Shown here: piece by piece, positions 8,968 through 19,274 of the stretch
How positions within the stretch are numbered: position 1 is the stretch's first letter
Layout: the number at the start of each line of letters is the position of its first letter
From: Candidatus Binatia bacterium
GTDB lineage: Bacteria > Desulfobacterota > Binatia > UBA9968 > JAJDTQ01
DNA: 64,000 nt
Direction: 5' to 3'
Assembly: GCA_963422385.1 (NCBI GenBank)
Contig: OY729432.1
Coordinates: forward strand, 355,376-419,375
Translations under genes and position numbers: made by a program
Notes under the pieces: generated by a model
The model's input: only the letters and a program-made list of their open reading frames with translations
Told to the model about the DNA's origin: nothing
The model's database searches: none

Positions 8968-9720
8968 CTACTCATGAGACAGGACACGAGCCACGGCATC
9001 CGGCGGGCGTATGTAATGGGGAGTCAAGGACTCGGCCATCGTGACCGGCGCGGTGCGGAACCTCTCTTCAGCGATGCCGGCAACAGCGAAGGCGGTGGAA
9101 GGGAAATAAGCACCGACGGTGACCTGACCGCGGCCCCCGGTACATCGGGCGATGACCTCCGCATAAGCCTGCGCGCCGGTTCCGACAAAGAGGCACGGAC
9201 CCGTCGCCAGGGAAGCCACTTGCCGGGCCAGGGAATCCGGCGCCGCCAGGGAATCCTCGACAAGGCACTCGAACGCGGTGGCGGTGCGGCGGTAGAGCGC
9301 GCCATAGACTTCGCCTTTTCGGGCGTCGATCATGGGGCAGATAAAAGTCGTGCCGTCTCCCATGGGCACTCGGTAAGCGGCGGCTTCCAGCGTGCGTACC
9401 CCCACTACCGGCGTATCCGAACCGTAGACCAAGCCCTTGGCCGTGCTGATCCCGATCCTCAAACCGGTGAAGGAACCGGGTCCGACCGCGACCCCTACGA
9501 GTGACAGGCCCGCAAAGTCCGTCTCCGCACGCCGGAGCACCTCATCGATTAAGGGGATCAGGCCCGCCGCATGGTTGGACCGGCCTGGCCGGCTGTCCTT
9601 GGACCGCGTCGATTCCCGAGCGCGTTCGGCCACGAGCTTGCCGCCGTCCAGAACCGCGGCGCTCAGCAGGGCCGTCGACGTGTCGATGCCCAATACCTTC
9701 GTGCCCGCGTTCGTCATCAA
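8968..9720 (-). CDS. tsaB: tRNA threonylcarbamoyladenosine biosynthesis protein TsaB
   Basis: VLGIDTSTALLSAAVL...VAVGPGSFTGLRIGISTAKGL is the YeaZ/TsaB signature. Confidence 0.88.
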   Translation of the reverse strand: MMTNAGTKVLGIDTSTALLSAAVLDGGKLVAERARESTRSKDSRPGRSNHAAGLIPLIDEVLRRAETDFAGLSLVGVAVGPGSFTGLRIGISTAKGLVYGSDTPVVGVRTLEAAAYRVPMGDGTTFICPMIDARKGEVYGALYRRTATAFECLVEDSLAAPDSLARQVASLATGPCLFVGTGAQAYAEVIARCTGGRGQVTVGAYFPSTAFAVAGIAEERFRTAPVTMAESLTPHYIRPPDAVARVLSHE

Positions 9721-10793
9721 CTCCCGAAAATTCGCGCCAGATCGTTGTAGAACGCGTAGACCATGACGAAGAGCAGCAACATCATGCCCACCTGCTGGGC
9801 CCGCTCCCGCTGCCGGGCTTCGAGGGGCCTTCCGCGCACGGCTTCGATCGCGAAAAACAGCAGGTGTCCGCCGTCCAGCATCGGGATGGGGAGCAGGTTC
9901 AAGACGCCGAGGTTGATGCTCAGGAGCGCCACCAGGAACAGATAGTCCGCAATCCCCCTTTGGGCCTGTTGTCCGGCCAACTGGGCGATCATCAGTGGGC
10001 CGCCGAGATTCGCCGAATCGACGCGCCCGACCACCATCTTGGCCAGCACCTCCAGCGTCAGCCCCGAGATCTTCACGGTTCGGGAAACCGCCAGCCAGCC
10101 AGCCGTCAGGGGATTTCCCCTTTCCACCTGGACGGTTCCGGCGCTTTGAATCCCGATCAACCAGGTTTCCTCGGGCTCACCCAGAAGATTCCGCGTCTGT
10201 CCCTTTGTGGGACTCAGCGTGACCGTGAATTCCCTGTCGCCGCGGACCACGCCCAGAACCATCGGGCGGCCCTGGCTCGCCCTGACCTCGCCGGACAGTT
10301 GATCCCAGGAACGGATGGGGCGTTCGGCCACCATGACCACCCGGTCGCCGGCCGCGAGTCCCGCGCCGGCCGCGGGCGAACCGGGCTGTACGCCGCCGAT
10401 CTCCGCGGTGCGGTAGGGCACGCCGAAGAACGTGAAGACGCAAAGGAACACCACCATGGCCAACAGGAAATTCGCACCCGGCCCGGCCGCCACGATGGCG
10501 GAGCGACTGGCCAGACTCCGGTGTGCGAAGGACCGGTCCCGGTCTTCGGAGCCCACCTCCTCACGAGGGTCTTCGCCCACCATCTTGACGTACCCTCCCA
10601 AGGGGAAGGCACTCACGCAGTATTCGGTTTCACCGTAGCGGCGGATCAGTACCTTCGGACCGAAGCCGATGGAGAAGGTCACTACGCCCACGCCGGCCTT
10701 CTTGGCCACGAGGAAGTGGCCGAGCTCGTGGAGAAACACCAGCACGCCAAACGCCACGATGGCGGCGACAATCATGTAGGCGACGTCGATCAC
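9717..10793 (-). CDS. rseP: RIP metalloprotease RseP (site-2 protease)
   Basis: HELGHFLVAKKAGV (HExxH), a PDZ region, and the C-terminal NLLPIPMLDGGHLL motif. The GTG start abuts the dxr stop. Confidence 0.92.
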   Translation of the reverse strand: MIDVAYMIVAAIVAFGVLVFLHELGHFLVAKKAGVGVVTFSIGFGPKVLIRRYGETEYCVSAFPLGGYVKMVGEDPREEVGSEDRDRSFAHRSLASRSAIVAAGPGANFLLAMVVFLCVFTFFGVPYRTAEIGGVQPGSPAAGAGLAAGDRVVMVAERPIRSWDQLSGEVRASQGRPMVLGVVRGDREFTVTLSPTKGQTRNLLGEPEETWLIGIQSAGTVQVERGNPLTAGWLAVSRTVKISGLTLEVLAKMVVGRVDSANLGGPLMIAQLAGQQAQRGIADYLFLVALLSINLGVLNLLPIPMLDGGHLLFFAIEAVRGRPLEARQRERAQQVGMMLLLFVMVYAFYNDLARIFGS

Positions 10794-11954
10794 CTAGCTA
10801 GTGTCCTGCTGCACAAGCTCCCGGGCGAACGCCCGTGCCCATTGATCGACCTTGAGAACCTGCTGCAGGGTCTTCGGTTTGATGGACTCGTGGGACTCGA
10901 TGGTCTTCCGGCTGATCTCATGGATCTGGCGAAAACCGATGCGCCCGTCCAGGAAGGCAGCCACCGCCACCTCGTTGGCGGCGTTGAGAACCGCCGGAAC
11001 GGTGCCGCCCTGGGCCAGGGCCCCGTAGGCGACATCCAACGCCGGGTAACGCCGGCCCTCCAGCTTCATGAAGGTGAGCTCGCCCTGCTTCTGCAAGTTC
11101 AACGGCGCCAGCCCGGTAGCGAGCCGTTCGGGATAGGAGAGCGCGTAGGCGATGGGGATGCGCATGTCGGGAATGCCGAGTTGCGCCATGACCGCGCCGT
11201 CACGGTAGCGCACCATGGAGTGGACGATGCTCTGGGGGTGGATCATCACCTCCACTCGCTCGCCGGGCACGCCGAACAGCCAACGGGCCTCGATCACCTC
11301 CAGCCCCTTGTTCATCATGGTGGCCGAATCAATGGTGATCTTGGGCCCCATCTTCCAGGTGGGATGTTGCAGCGCCTGCTCGATGGTCACACGGCGAAGC
11401 TCCCGAAGCGGCGTGCGCAGGAACGGTCCTCCGGATGCCGTCAGGATGATCCTGTCGACGTCTTCCCGGCGGTTTCCCTCGAGACACTGGAACACCGCGC
11501 TGTGCTCGCTGTCCACTGGCAGAAGCTGCACGCCCCGCTTCCTGGCCTCCCGCACGAAGAGCTCGCCGGACATGACCAGGGCTTCCTTGTTGGCCAGCCC
11601 CACGTCCTTGCCCGCCTGCACCGCGGCGAAGGTAGGCACGAGCCCCGCCCCGCCCACGATGGCCGCCAGCACGAAGTCCGCCGTGGGCGCGGTGGCCGCG
11701 GCCACCGCGCCCTCCTCTCCGTAGACGATCTCGACCCTGCGCCGGCCGATGAGCTTGCGCAGGGCATCGACATCAGCCCGGTCCCTGACGCTGATGATAC
11801 GCGGGGCGAACTCAACGACCTGACGCGCCAACAATTCCAGGTTGCGCCCGGCCACCAGTCCGCCGACCTTGAACCGTCGCTTGAAATTCCGGATGACGTC
11901 GAGGGCGTTGACGCCGATGGCGCCGGTGGATCCCAGAATGACGATGGATTTCAT
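10794..11954 (-). CDS. dxr: 1-deoxy-D-xylulose 5-phosphate reductoisomerase
   Basis: MKSIVILGSTGAIGVNALDV...LLPVDSEHSAVFQCL...HPQSIVHSMV. Confidence 0.95.
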   Translation of the reverse strand: MKSIVILGSTGAIGVNALDVIRNFKRRFKVGGLVAGRNLELLARQVVEFAPRIISVRDRADVDALRKLIGRRRVEIVYGEEGAVAAATAPTADFVLAAIVGGAGLVPTFAAVQAGKDVGLANKEALVMSGELFVREARKRGVQLLPVDSEHSAVFQCLEGNRREDVDRIILTASGGPFLRTPLRELRRVTIEQALQHPTWKMGPKITIDSATMMNKGLEVIEARWLFGVPGERVEVMIHPQSIVHSMVRYRDGAVMAQLGIPDMRIPIAYALSYPERLATGLAPLNLQKQGELTFMKLEGRRYPALDVAYGALAQGGTVPAVLNAANEVAVAAFLDGRIGFRQIHEISRKTIESHESIKPKTLQQVLKVDQWARAFARELVQQDTS

Positions 11955-12727
11955 GGTTGAAGGAACCGCAGGCAGTAGGTACTCAGAACTCCCGGGAAGA
12001 TCAGGCTGTCAAGCCGGTCCATCAGGCCGCCGTGGCCGGGGAGGATGCCACCCGAATCCTTGGCCGCGAAGCCTCGCTTGATCAATGATTCGAACAGGTC
12101 GCCGACCTGAGCGAGCAGTGCGACGGCCAGGGAAACCCACAATACTTGACTGGATGACACGGGCAGGAACCACCAACCCGACAGCCATCCGGCGGCGAGG
12201 CCCGCCACAGTGGCGGCCACGGCCCCTTCAACCGTCTTCCCCGGGCTGACCGAAGGATACAACTTTCTTCGACCCAGAGCCACACCGGCAAAGTAACCGG
12301 CGGCGTCGGCCGAGAAGACGACGATCAGCAGCCACAGCACCCACTCATACCCGCTACGGTAGAGGATGGAGAAATGCGGGAACAGATAACCCAGGTACAA
12401 CGCCCCGGCCAACGCCAGTGCGAGATGCCGGTAACGTTCCTCCACCGTACCGCCGGTGAAGATGAACACCGGGAACAGGCCTGCCAGAATGACCGGGAAC
12501 AGGCCCGAGAACCCGGGCACCACGAGGGTCAGCGACATCAGCATGCCGGCCGCGACCCCCGTGAGGCGCACCCGTCCATGGTCCGGAAAGGCCATGCGGA
12601 AGTATTCATGCAGGGCGACGAGGGCGAGGACCTCAATGAACGACGAGAACAGCCAGACGCTGTCCAGGACGACGATCCCGATGACAACGGGCCCCCCAGC
12701 CAAGGCGGTCAGTAACCGGGTACGCAT
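11951..12727 (-). CDS. cdsA: phosphatidate cytidylyltransferase
   Basis: Multi-TM protein with the C-terminal CTP-transferase motif KRGFAAKDSGGILPGHGGLMDRLDSLIF. Confidence 0.9.
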   Translation of the reverse strand: MRTRLLTALAGGPVVIGIVVLDSVWLFSSFIEVLALVALHEYFRMAFPDHGRVRLTGVAAGMLMSLTLVVPGFSGLFPVILAGLFPVFIFTGGTVEERYRHLALALAGALYLGYLFPHFSILYRSGYEWVLWLLIVVFSADAAGYFAGVALGRRKLYPSVSPGKTVEGAVAATVAGLAAGWLSGWWFLPVSSSQVLWVSLAVALLAQVGDLFESLIKRGFAAKDSGGILPGHGGLMDRLDSLIFPGVLSTYCLRFLQP

Positions 12728-12756
12728 CTACGTAACTCCACGTCAGGCTCCTGGCC

Positions 12757-13500
12757 TCAACCCTGCAGGATCTGCTCGTCCGTCTTGCCGAATCGCCGCT
12801 GCCGTCGTTGAAATTCCAGCAATGCCTGAAAGTATTCCTGCTCGCCGAAATCGGGCCAGAACTTCGGCGTGAGGTACAGCTCCGTATAGGGTATCTGCCA
12901 CAGAAAGAAGTTGCTGATCCGCATTTCCCCGCCCGTCCGGATCAACAGGTCCGGATCGGGGATGGAGCCGGTTTCCGTGTTCGCCGCGATCATGGACTCG
13001 TCGATCTCTTCGGGCTCGCATTGCCCTGTCTTCACTCTCCGAGCGATCTCCCGAATCGTCTGGACGATGTCGCGGCGACCGCTGTAACTGAGGGCCAGGA
13101 TGACCGTGATGGCGGTGTTGTGGCGCGTGAGGCCGATATTGCGATCCAGGACGCGGCGGACGGAGGGAGGCAGACGTGTCCGATCGCCAATGGCCATGAG
13201 ACGGACGCCTTCGCACATCATGCGGTCCAACTCGCGCTGCAGGAAATTCTCCAGGAGTCCCATCAGTCCCACGACCTCCGTGTGAGGGCGATTCCAATTC
13301 TCGGATGAGAACGTGTACAGCGAAAGATAGCGAATACCGAGATCGCGGCTCATCTCGACCGTGGTTTTGACCGAGTTCATTCCCTCGCGGTGACCTTCGA
13401 GGCGAGTCATGCCCCGAAGCCCGGCCCAGCGTCCATTGCCGTCCATGATGATCGCGACATGGGTGGGCAATCGACTCTTTTCCAGTCCGTGGAGTTCCAT
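12757..13500 (-). CDS. uppS: di-trans,poly-cis-undecaprenyl-diphosphate synthase
   Basis: HVAIIMDGNGRWA...YLSLYTFSSENWNRP...LLIRTGGEMRISNFFLWQ. Confidence 0.95.
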   Translation of the reverse strand: MELHGLEKSRLPTHVAIIMDGNGRWAGLRGMTRLEGHREGMNSVKTTVEMSRDLGIRYLSLYTFSSENWNRPHTEVVGLMGLLENFLQRELDRMMCEGVRLMAIGDRTRLPPSVRRVLDRNIGLTRHNTAITVILALSYSGRRDIVQTIREIARRVKTGQCEPEEIDESMIAANTETGSIPDPDLLIRTGGEMRISNFFLWQIPYTELYLTPKFWPDFGEQEYFQALLEFQRRQRRFGKTDEQILQG

Positions 13501-13573
13501 TCCGGAAAGATTGAAAAGGCAGGTGTTGCCGAAGGACGCGGCGTGGGTGTCCCGTACGGACCGCCGCGGGCAT

Positions 13574-14131
13574 CTAGACCTCCATGATCTCCTCTTCCTT
13601 GGCCCTGAGGAACCCGTCCACCTTGGCGATGAACTCGGCGGTGATCTTCTGGATGCGTTCCTGCCCCTGCTTCACCTCGTCCTCAGTGATCTCCTTACCC
13701 TTCTGCATCTCCTTCAAGCCGTCGATGGCGGAGCGCCGATGGTTTCGTACGGAGACACGATAATCTTCGGCGGTCTTGCGGACCTGCTTCACGAGATCCT
13801 TGCGCCGCTCGCCGCTGAGCTCCGGTATCGGCACCCGGATCAACTTGCCGTCATTGGCCGGCGTGAGGCCTAGGCCGGCCTTCAGGATGGACTTCTCCAT
13901 GCTGGCGATGGCGTTCCGATCGTAGGCCTGGATCGTCACCAGCCGGGGCTCGGGGACCGCGATGGCAGCGATCTGGTTCAACGGCGTCCGAGTGCCGTAA
14001 TAATCCACGGTGACGCCGTCGAAAAGCGAGGCCGAGGCCCGTCCGGTCCGCACGCGTGCCAACTCCCGGCGCATGGCCGTCAAGGTTTTCTCCAACTCTT
14101 CCTGGAAAGCGCTATAGAAGGCGTCGTCCAT
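13574..14131 (-). CDS. frr: ribosome recycling factor
   Basis: LARVRTGRASASLFDGVTVDYYGTRTPLNQIA. Start at ATG 14131 (MDDAFY) gives the canonical spacing of 27 aa before RTGRAS; the track start at 14176 lies within or next to a repeat hairpin. Confidence 0.9.
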   Translation of the reverse strand: MDDAFYSAFQEELEKTLTAMRRELARVRTGRASASLFDGVTVDYYGTRTPLNQIAAIAVPEPRLVTIQAYDRNAIASMEKSILKAGLGLTPANDGKLIRVPIPELSGERRKDLVKQVRKTAEDYRVSVRNHRRSAIDGLKEMQKGKEITEDEVKQGQERIQKITAEFIAKVDGFLRAKEEEIMEV

Positions 14132-14176
14132 CTCGCACCTGAATCCACTCAAAAACGTCAGCGCGGTATCGGCCAC

Positions 14177-14207
14177 GGGCGGGCTTGAAACATTTGAAAC
14201 CCGCCCC
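14177..14207. repeat. REP-like GC hairpin (GGGCGGG-CTTGAAACATTTGAAAC-CCGCCCC)
   Basis: A 7-bp GC stem with the TTGAAAC loop motif duplicated. It lies 8 nt downstream of the pyrH stop and is a member of a 5-copy family. Confidence 0.7.
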
Positions 14208-14214
14208 TACGATG

Positions 14215-14949
14215 TCACCGGTCGCCGATGCCTACGAGGGTCCCGATGGGCTGACCGTTCACAACCTTGCGAATGTTACCCCGTTCCATGACGTTGAAGA
14301 CGATGATGGGAAGTTTGTTGTCCATGCAAAGTGATATGGCGGTGGAGTCCATCACCTTGAGCTCCTTGCTCAGCACCTCCATATGGGTGAGCTCCCGGAA
14401 GAGCTTCGCCTCGTGGTTCTTCAACGGGTCGGTGTCGTAGACACCCCGTACCTTGGTTGCCTTCAGGATGACCTCGGCGCCTACCTCCATGGCCCGGAGG
14501 CTCGCCGTGGTGTCCGTGGTGAAATAGGGATTGCCGGTTCCTCCTGCGAAAATGACGACCCGGCCCTTTTCCAGATGCCGGACGGCACGCCGCCGGATGT
14601 ACAACTCGGCCACCTGACGCATCTCGATGGCCGACATGACCCGGGTGGACACGCCGATCTTTTCCAACGCATCCTGGAGCGCGATGCTGTTGATGACCGT
14701 GGCCAGCATGCCCATGTAATCGGCGCTGGCGCGGTCGATACCGTGGTCACTGGCCTCGGCGCCACGCAGGATGTTGCCGCCCCCGATGACCAAGGCAATC
14801 TCACAGCCGAGCTCGTGAACTTCCCGGATCTCTTCCACGAACCGCGCGACGGTGGCCGGATCGATCCCGTACTGGCGCTTCCCCGCGAGCACCTCTCCAG
14901 TGATTTTCAGAATGACTCGCTTGTATCTCAGATCCTCCACGCCGGTCAT
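14215..14949 (-). CDS. pyrH: UMP kinase
   Basis: [13 protein letters not shown]...[12 protein letters not shown]...[19 protein letters not shown]. Confidence 0.95.
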   Translation of the reverse strand: MTGVEDLRYKRVILKITGEVLAGKRQYGIDPATVARFVEEIREVHELGCEIALVIGGGNILRGAEASDHGIDRASADYMGMLATVINSIALQDALEKIGVSTRVMSAIEMRQVAELYIRRRAVRHLEKGRVVIFAGGTGNPYFTTDTTASLRAMEVGAEVILKATKVRGVYDTDPLKNHEAKLFRELTHMEVLSKELKVMDSTAISLCMDNKLPIIVFNVMERGNIRKVVNGQPIGTLVGIGDR

Positions 14950-14977
14950 TCGGTGGGACCCTGGTTTGCTGGCGACA

Positions 14978-15583
14978 CTACTCCTTCATCCCCTCGCCTA
15001 CGGAATAGCGGACGAAACGCCTGACCCGGATGTTCTCGCCCAGACGGGCGATAGCGTCCTGTATCAGGTCCTTGACCCGGCGGGCTGGCTCCTTGATGTA
15101 GGCCTGCTCCATGAGACAGGCTTCCTCGTAGAAACGCTCCATCTTGCCGTCGACGATCTTCGCCAGCACGGCCTCGGGCTTGTTCAACTCCTCTGCCTGT
15201 TGTCGATAGATCGCTTTCTCCCGCTCCACCTCCTCGTCGCCGACATCCTCGCGCCGGACATAGCTCGGGCTGGCCGCGGCGACCTGCATGGAAAGGTCCT
15301 TGACCAGGGCCTGAAATTCTTCGGTACGAGCCACGAAGTCAGTCTCGCAATTTACTTCCAGGAGCACCCCGATCCTGTTACCGCCGTGGATGTAGGCGCC
15401 GACCAGCCCCTCGCTCGCCTCACGACCGGACTTGCGTGCGGCAAGCGCCAATCCCTTCGCTCTCAGGTGGTCCACGGACTTCTCGAAGTCGCCCTCGCAC
15501 TCCACCAGGGCCTTCTTGCAATCCATGAATCCCGCGCCCGTTTTGTCCCGTAGTTGCTTGACCAGACTCGCATCGATGATCAT
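14978..15583 (-). CDS. tsf: translation elongation factor Ts (short form)
   Basis: [37 protein letters not shown] is the UBA-like N-domain plus EF-Ts core. Confidence 0.93.
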   Translation of the reverse strand: MIIDASLVKQLRDKTGAGFMDCKKALVECEGDFEKSVDHLRAKGLALAARKSGREASEGLVGAYIHGGNRIGVLLEVNCETDFVARTEEFQALVKDLSMQVAAASPSYVRREDVGDEEVEREKAIYRQQAEELNKPEAVLAKIVDGKMERFYEEACLMEQAYIKEPARRVKDLIQDAIARLGENIRVRRFVRYSVGEGMKE

Positions 15584-15589
15584 GCTACC

Positions 15590-16531
15590 TCAGCTCCCCG
15601 CCACGGTCGGCGTACCCGTGGACGTCCCGGTCTTGGGTTTTTCCTGAACGGGGTCCGCCACTGCTGCTCCCGGTGCCGCCTGCGTTGTTGCTTGCGACGC
15701 TCCCGCTGCCGGCGGCGCTGCTGTTCCCGGCGCGACCGTTTCCGGCGGCGCTACCGCCTCCGCTGCCACCGGCTTCTCCCTTGCTGGCCCCCCTTCCGCG
15801 GCGGCCTCTGCCTTCGCGGCCTCCGCCTCCATCCTCGCCTGGTCGCAGAGGGCCTTGCCTTCATTGACGGCCTCGGCCATGAGGCCGCAGAAGAGCCGGA
15901 TGGCGCGAATCGCATCGTCATTGCCGGGGATCTTGTAGTCCACCAGATCCGGGTCGCAGTCGGTGTCGATGATCGCGACCACCTTGATGCCAAGCTTGCG
16001 AGCCTCGCGTACGGCGATGGCTTCCTGTCCGGGGTCGATGATGAAAACCGCGTCCGGCAGCTTCCTGATGTCCTTGATTCCCCCGAGGGCGCGCTCCAGT
16101 TTGGCCCGCTCGCGGCCATGCGAAAGCATTTCCTTCTTGGTCAGCGCCTCGACGACCTTGGGGTCGTTGGCCATTTCCTCAAGCTTCTTGAGGCGTTCGA
16201 TGCTCTGACGGACGGTCTGGAAGTTGGTCAGCGTGCCGCCCAGCCAACGGTGATGAACATAGGACATGCCGCAACGTTCCGCCTCTTCGCGAACCGAGTC
16301 CTGCGCCTGCTTCTTGGTCCCGACGAACAGGACGTGGCCCCCGGCCACGATCAGATCCCGAACCTGGGCACAGACGTCCTTGACCATTCGTACGGTCTGC
16401 TGGAGGTCGATGATATGAATCCCGTTCCGCGCCCCGAAGATGTAAGGCTTCATCTTGGGATTCCAGCGACTGGTCTGGTGCCCGAAGTGGACCCCGGCTT
16501 CCAGTAGCTGCTTCATGGATATGTCCGTCAT
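15590..16531 (-). CDS. rpsB: 30S ribosomal protein S2 with an Ala/Pro-rich C-terminal extension
   Basis: [27 protein letters not shown]...FVGTKKQAQ; the last ~70 aa are low-complexity A/P/E-rich sequence in the same frame. Confidence 0.93.
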   Translation of the reverse strand: MTDISMKQLLEAGVHFGHQTSRWNPKMKPYIFGARNGIHIIDLQQTVRMVKDVCAQVRDLIVAGGHVLFVGTKKQAQDSVREEAERCGMSYVHHRWLGGTLTNFQTVRQSIERLKKLEEMANDPKVVEALTKKEMLSHGRERAKLERALGGIKDIRKLPDAVFIIDPGQEAIAVREARKLGIKVVAIIDTDCDPDLVDYKIPGNDDAIRAIRLFCGLMAEAVNEGKALCDQARMEAEAAKAEAAAEGGPAREKPVAAEAVAPPETVAPGTAAPPAAGASQATTQAAPGAAVADPVQEKPKTGTSTGTPTVAGS

Positions 16532-16708
16532 AACGCCAGAACCTCGAATTCTAGGTAGCTCAACATCTACTCTCCTGCCTCAAAACCTGTGGGATGAACT
16601 GCCGGCCCCAATCTGCTGTGCGCGGCCGGGTATGGAAGAAAGCAACGATGGCTAATAGCAAAATCGGCACCACCACGCAAGAGAACTCCCGAGAAGGCCG
16701 GAACCCGG

Positions 16709-18085
16709 TCAAGTGTTCATGGATTCGAGGAATTCCTTGTTGCTCTTGGTGCCGCGGAGCTTGTCGAGAAGGAACTCCATGGCCTCGACCACGCTGAGTT
16801 GCGACAGCACCTTACGGAGGATCCAGATGCGGTTGAGGTCCTCCCTGGGGATCAGGAGCTCTTCCTTGCGGGTGCCGGACTTGTTGATGTCCACGGCCGG
16901 GAACACTCGCTTGTCCATCAGCCTGCGGTCCAGGTTGATCTCCATGTTGCCGGTCCCTTTGAACTCCTCGAAGATCACCTCGTCCATGCGGCTTCCCGTG
17001 TCGATCAGGGCCGTTGCGATGATCGTGAGGCTGCCGCCGTCCTCGATGTTCCGCGCGGCGCCGAAGAACTTCTTCGGCTTGTGCAGCGCGTTGGAATCCA
17101 CGCCGCCGGAGAGAATCTTGCCGCTCGGCGGAACCACGGTGTTGTAGGCCCGGGCCAGGCGAGTGATGCTGTCCAGCAGGATGATTACGTCCTTGCCGTG
17201 CTCCACAATCCGTTTGGCCTTCTCGATGACCATCTCGGCCACCTGCACGTGGCGCGTTGCGGGTTCGTCAAAGGTGGAGCTGACCACTTCCCCGATCACC
17301 GACCGCTGCATGTCGGTCACCTCTTCCGGGCGTTCGTCGATGAGCAGGACGATGAGCACGGCGTCCTCGTGATTGTGGGCAATGGCCTTGGCGATGTTCT
17401 GCAACATCATGGTCTTGCCCGTCCGCGGCGCCGCCACCACCAAACCCCGTTGTCCCATGCCGATGGGCGTCAGCAAATCGATGAAACGCGTCGTGTATTC
17501 GTCCGGCTGGTGCTCCAACGAAATGCGCTTGTTGGGATAGAGTGGAGTGAGGTTGTCGAAGAGAATCTTGTCCCGCACCTTGTCGGGGTCGCCGTTGTTG
17601 ATGCTCTCGACCTTCAGGAGCGCAAAATACCGCTCACCATCCTTCGGAGGCCGGATCTGGCCGGAAATGATGTCTCCGGTGCGCAAGCCGAAACGCCTGA
17701 TCTGGCTGGGCGATACGTAGATGTCATCCGGGCCGGGCAGGTAATTGTAGTCCGGCGCCCTCAGAAAGCCGAAACCGTCGGGCAGGGTTTCCAGAACACC
17801 CTCTCCGTAAACATACCCGTTCTTCTCGGTTTGCGCCTGCAGGATGGCGAATATGAGATCCTGCCGCCGCATGTTCGCCGCGCTTTCGATGCTGAAACCC
17901 TTGCCGATATTCGCCAATTCGGCGATCTTCTTGGCCTTGAGCGAGCTCAGGTTCAAGCCGTTCTGGTGCATGGGCTCCGCTGCCGACGCTGCCCGGCTCC
18001 GGCGATGATTCGGAGCCGTTTCGACCCTGGACTCACCTTCTCCTGCGGAGCGCGTTCGTACATTAGCCATAAAACTTCCTTTCAA
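16709..18085 (-). CDS. rho: transcription termination factor Rho
   Basis: N-terminal RNA-binding domain [14 protein letters not shown], Walker [11 protein letters not shown], and the C-terminal Rho ATPase core. The start may instead be ATG 18070 (MANVRT). Confidence 0.95.
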   Translation of the reverse strand: MKGSFMANVRTRSAGEGESRVETAPNHRRSRAASAAEPMHQNGLNLSSLKAKKIAELANIGKGFSIESAANMRRQDLIFAILQAQTEKNGYVYGEGVLETLPDGFGFLRAPDYNYLPGPDDIYVSPSQIRRFGLRTGDIISGQIRPPKDGERYFALLKVESINNGDPDKVRDKILFDNLTPLYPNKRISLEHQPDEYTTRFIDLLTPIGMGQRGLVVAAPRTGKTMMLQNIAKAIAHNHEDAVLIVLLIDERPEEVTDMQRSVIGEVVSSTFDEPATRHVQVAEMVIEKAKRIVEHGKDVIILLDSITRLARAYNTVVPPSGKILSGGVDSNALHKPKKFFGAARNIEDGGSLTIIATALIDTGSRMDEVIFEEFKGTGNMEINLDRRLMDKRVFPAVDINKSGTRKEELLIPREDLNRIWILRKVLSQLSVVEAMEFLLDKLRGTKSNKEFLESMNT

Positions 18086-18217
18086 TCACGCTGTCGGCGG
18101 CCTGTCCAACTGGACAAGAAGCGACTGCGAAGCAGGAAACCGGATCAATTTGTAGCAATGATTGATAAAACGGATTGGACTGGAAACGATTGGGTTACGG
18201 CGCCGCAAGACGCAAGC

Positions 18218-19189
18218 CTAGATGTTAGGTGAAACAGGGGACTTTGTCAAGCATGACGCGACCGGGCTCTCGGGACCGTTGCGGCTCAGCACCCGGCGGG
18301 CGTGGACGACATCCTCCGCGATCTGGCGAACGAGCCCTTCAACCGACGGGAAATTTCGTTCCTCCCGAAGCCTCTCCACGAAGAATATCTGCAAACGGCG
18401 GCCGTAAAGATCTTCCTTGAGATCCAGTATGTGGGTCTCGATAGTCCTGGGTCCCGACCCGAAGGTAGGGTTCACTCCGATGCTGGTGACGCAATGCATC
18501 TGCCGTCCACCCACCTGAACCAGCGTCGCGTAGATTCCGTTGGGCGGCACGACCTCCGTCCTGCTGCGTACATTGGCGGTGGGAAAGCCGAGTTCCCGGC
18601 CCCGTTGATGCCCTTTGACAACCAACCCTTCGATGAAATGGCAACGACCCAACTGCCGGCGCGCGGTATCGACTCGGCCCTCTTCCAGCAATGCGCGGAT
18701 TCGACTGCTGCTGATGGCGTGATCCGAGTCCGCCACGGCCGGAATGACCTCGATCTCCATTCCGGCCGCGGGACCCCACGTCATGAGTTCCCTGACCGTC
18801 CCGGCTCTGTCCTTGCCGAAACGAAAATCGTCTCCAACCCACAGCCTCTCCACGCCGAGCCGGACCAGATACCGACTTACGAAGTCGTGCGGCAACAACG
18901 CGCAAAAGCTCGAGGTGAAGCGCTGAATCACCACGAAGTCGATGCCGACACGCCGCAAGAGCGCCAGCTTGTCCTTGCGGGCCAGGATCAACCGCGGCGC
19001 GAAACTTGGGGCAAGAATCTTCAGCGGATGGGGTTCGAATGTCAGGACCACGGCGGATCCCCCGCGTGACCGCGCATCTTCCATCACACGGCGCAACAGT
19101 TCCTGGTGCCCCAGATGCACCCCGTCGAAGTTTCCGATGGTCATGACGGGACGGACGAGGGGGTGGGTGACGTGCCGCAGAATCTGCAT
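18218..19189 (-). CDS. ribF: bifunctional riboflavin kinase / FAD synthetase
   Basis: MTIGNFDGVHLGHQELL...GFPTANV...IETHILD. Start at ATG 19189 (MQILRH); the longer track ORF is an unsupported extension. Confidence 0.9.
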   Translation of the reverse strand: MQILRHVTHPLVRPVMTIGNFDGVHLGHQELLRRVMEDARSRGGSAVVLTFEPHPLKILAPSFAPRLILARKDKLALLRRVGIDFVVIQRFTSSFCALLPHDFVSRYLVRLGVERLWVGDDFRFGKDRAGTVRELMTWGPAAGMEIEVIPAVADSDHAISSSRIRALLEEGRVDTARRQLGRCHFIEGLVVKGHQRGRELGFPTANVRSRTEVVPPNGIYATLVQVGGRQMHCVTSIGVNPTFGSGPRTIETHILDLKEDLYGRRLQIFFVERLREERNFPSVEGLVRQIAEDVVHARRVLSRNGPESPVASCLTKSPVSPNI

Positions 19190-19274
19190 GGTGTTCCTGG
19201 AGGACTGCCCGTGCGAGCTTGATCGGGCTCGGATCCCTTTGTTCGCCCTCGCGAAAGATCCAGGCGATCGAGGG

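Noticed and set aside
9501-11960. An 819-aa plus-strand ORF, one of the longest ORFs in the track.
   Set aside because: It is antisense to rseP and dxr, which have unmistakable family motifs. Its translation is Arg/Gly/His/Pro/Ala-rich low-complexity sequence typical of shadow ORFs in GC-rich DNA.
13544-13577. GTGGGTGTCCCGTACGG near the frr stop (CTAG at 13574-13577) as another MITE terminus.
   Set aside because: The similarity is short, the orientation is opposite to the other stop-associated copies, and it lacks an adjoining CTAG. It is too weak to call without a genome-wide alignment.
14177-14207. The possibility that the GTTTCAA/TTGAAAC-containing GC hairpins are CRISPR repeats.
   Set aside because: The copies are dispersed singly over 54 kb with no regular repeat-spacer array and no cas genes in the window. 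Their behaviour fits REP-like elements instead.
15590-15800. The Ala/Pro-rich region downstream of the S2 core as a separate gene or a frameshift artefact.
   Set aside because: The frame is continuous with rpsB and no alternative start or RBS is visible. Similar low-complexity tails occur in SecG and TolA in this window.
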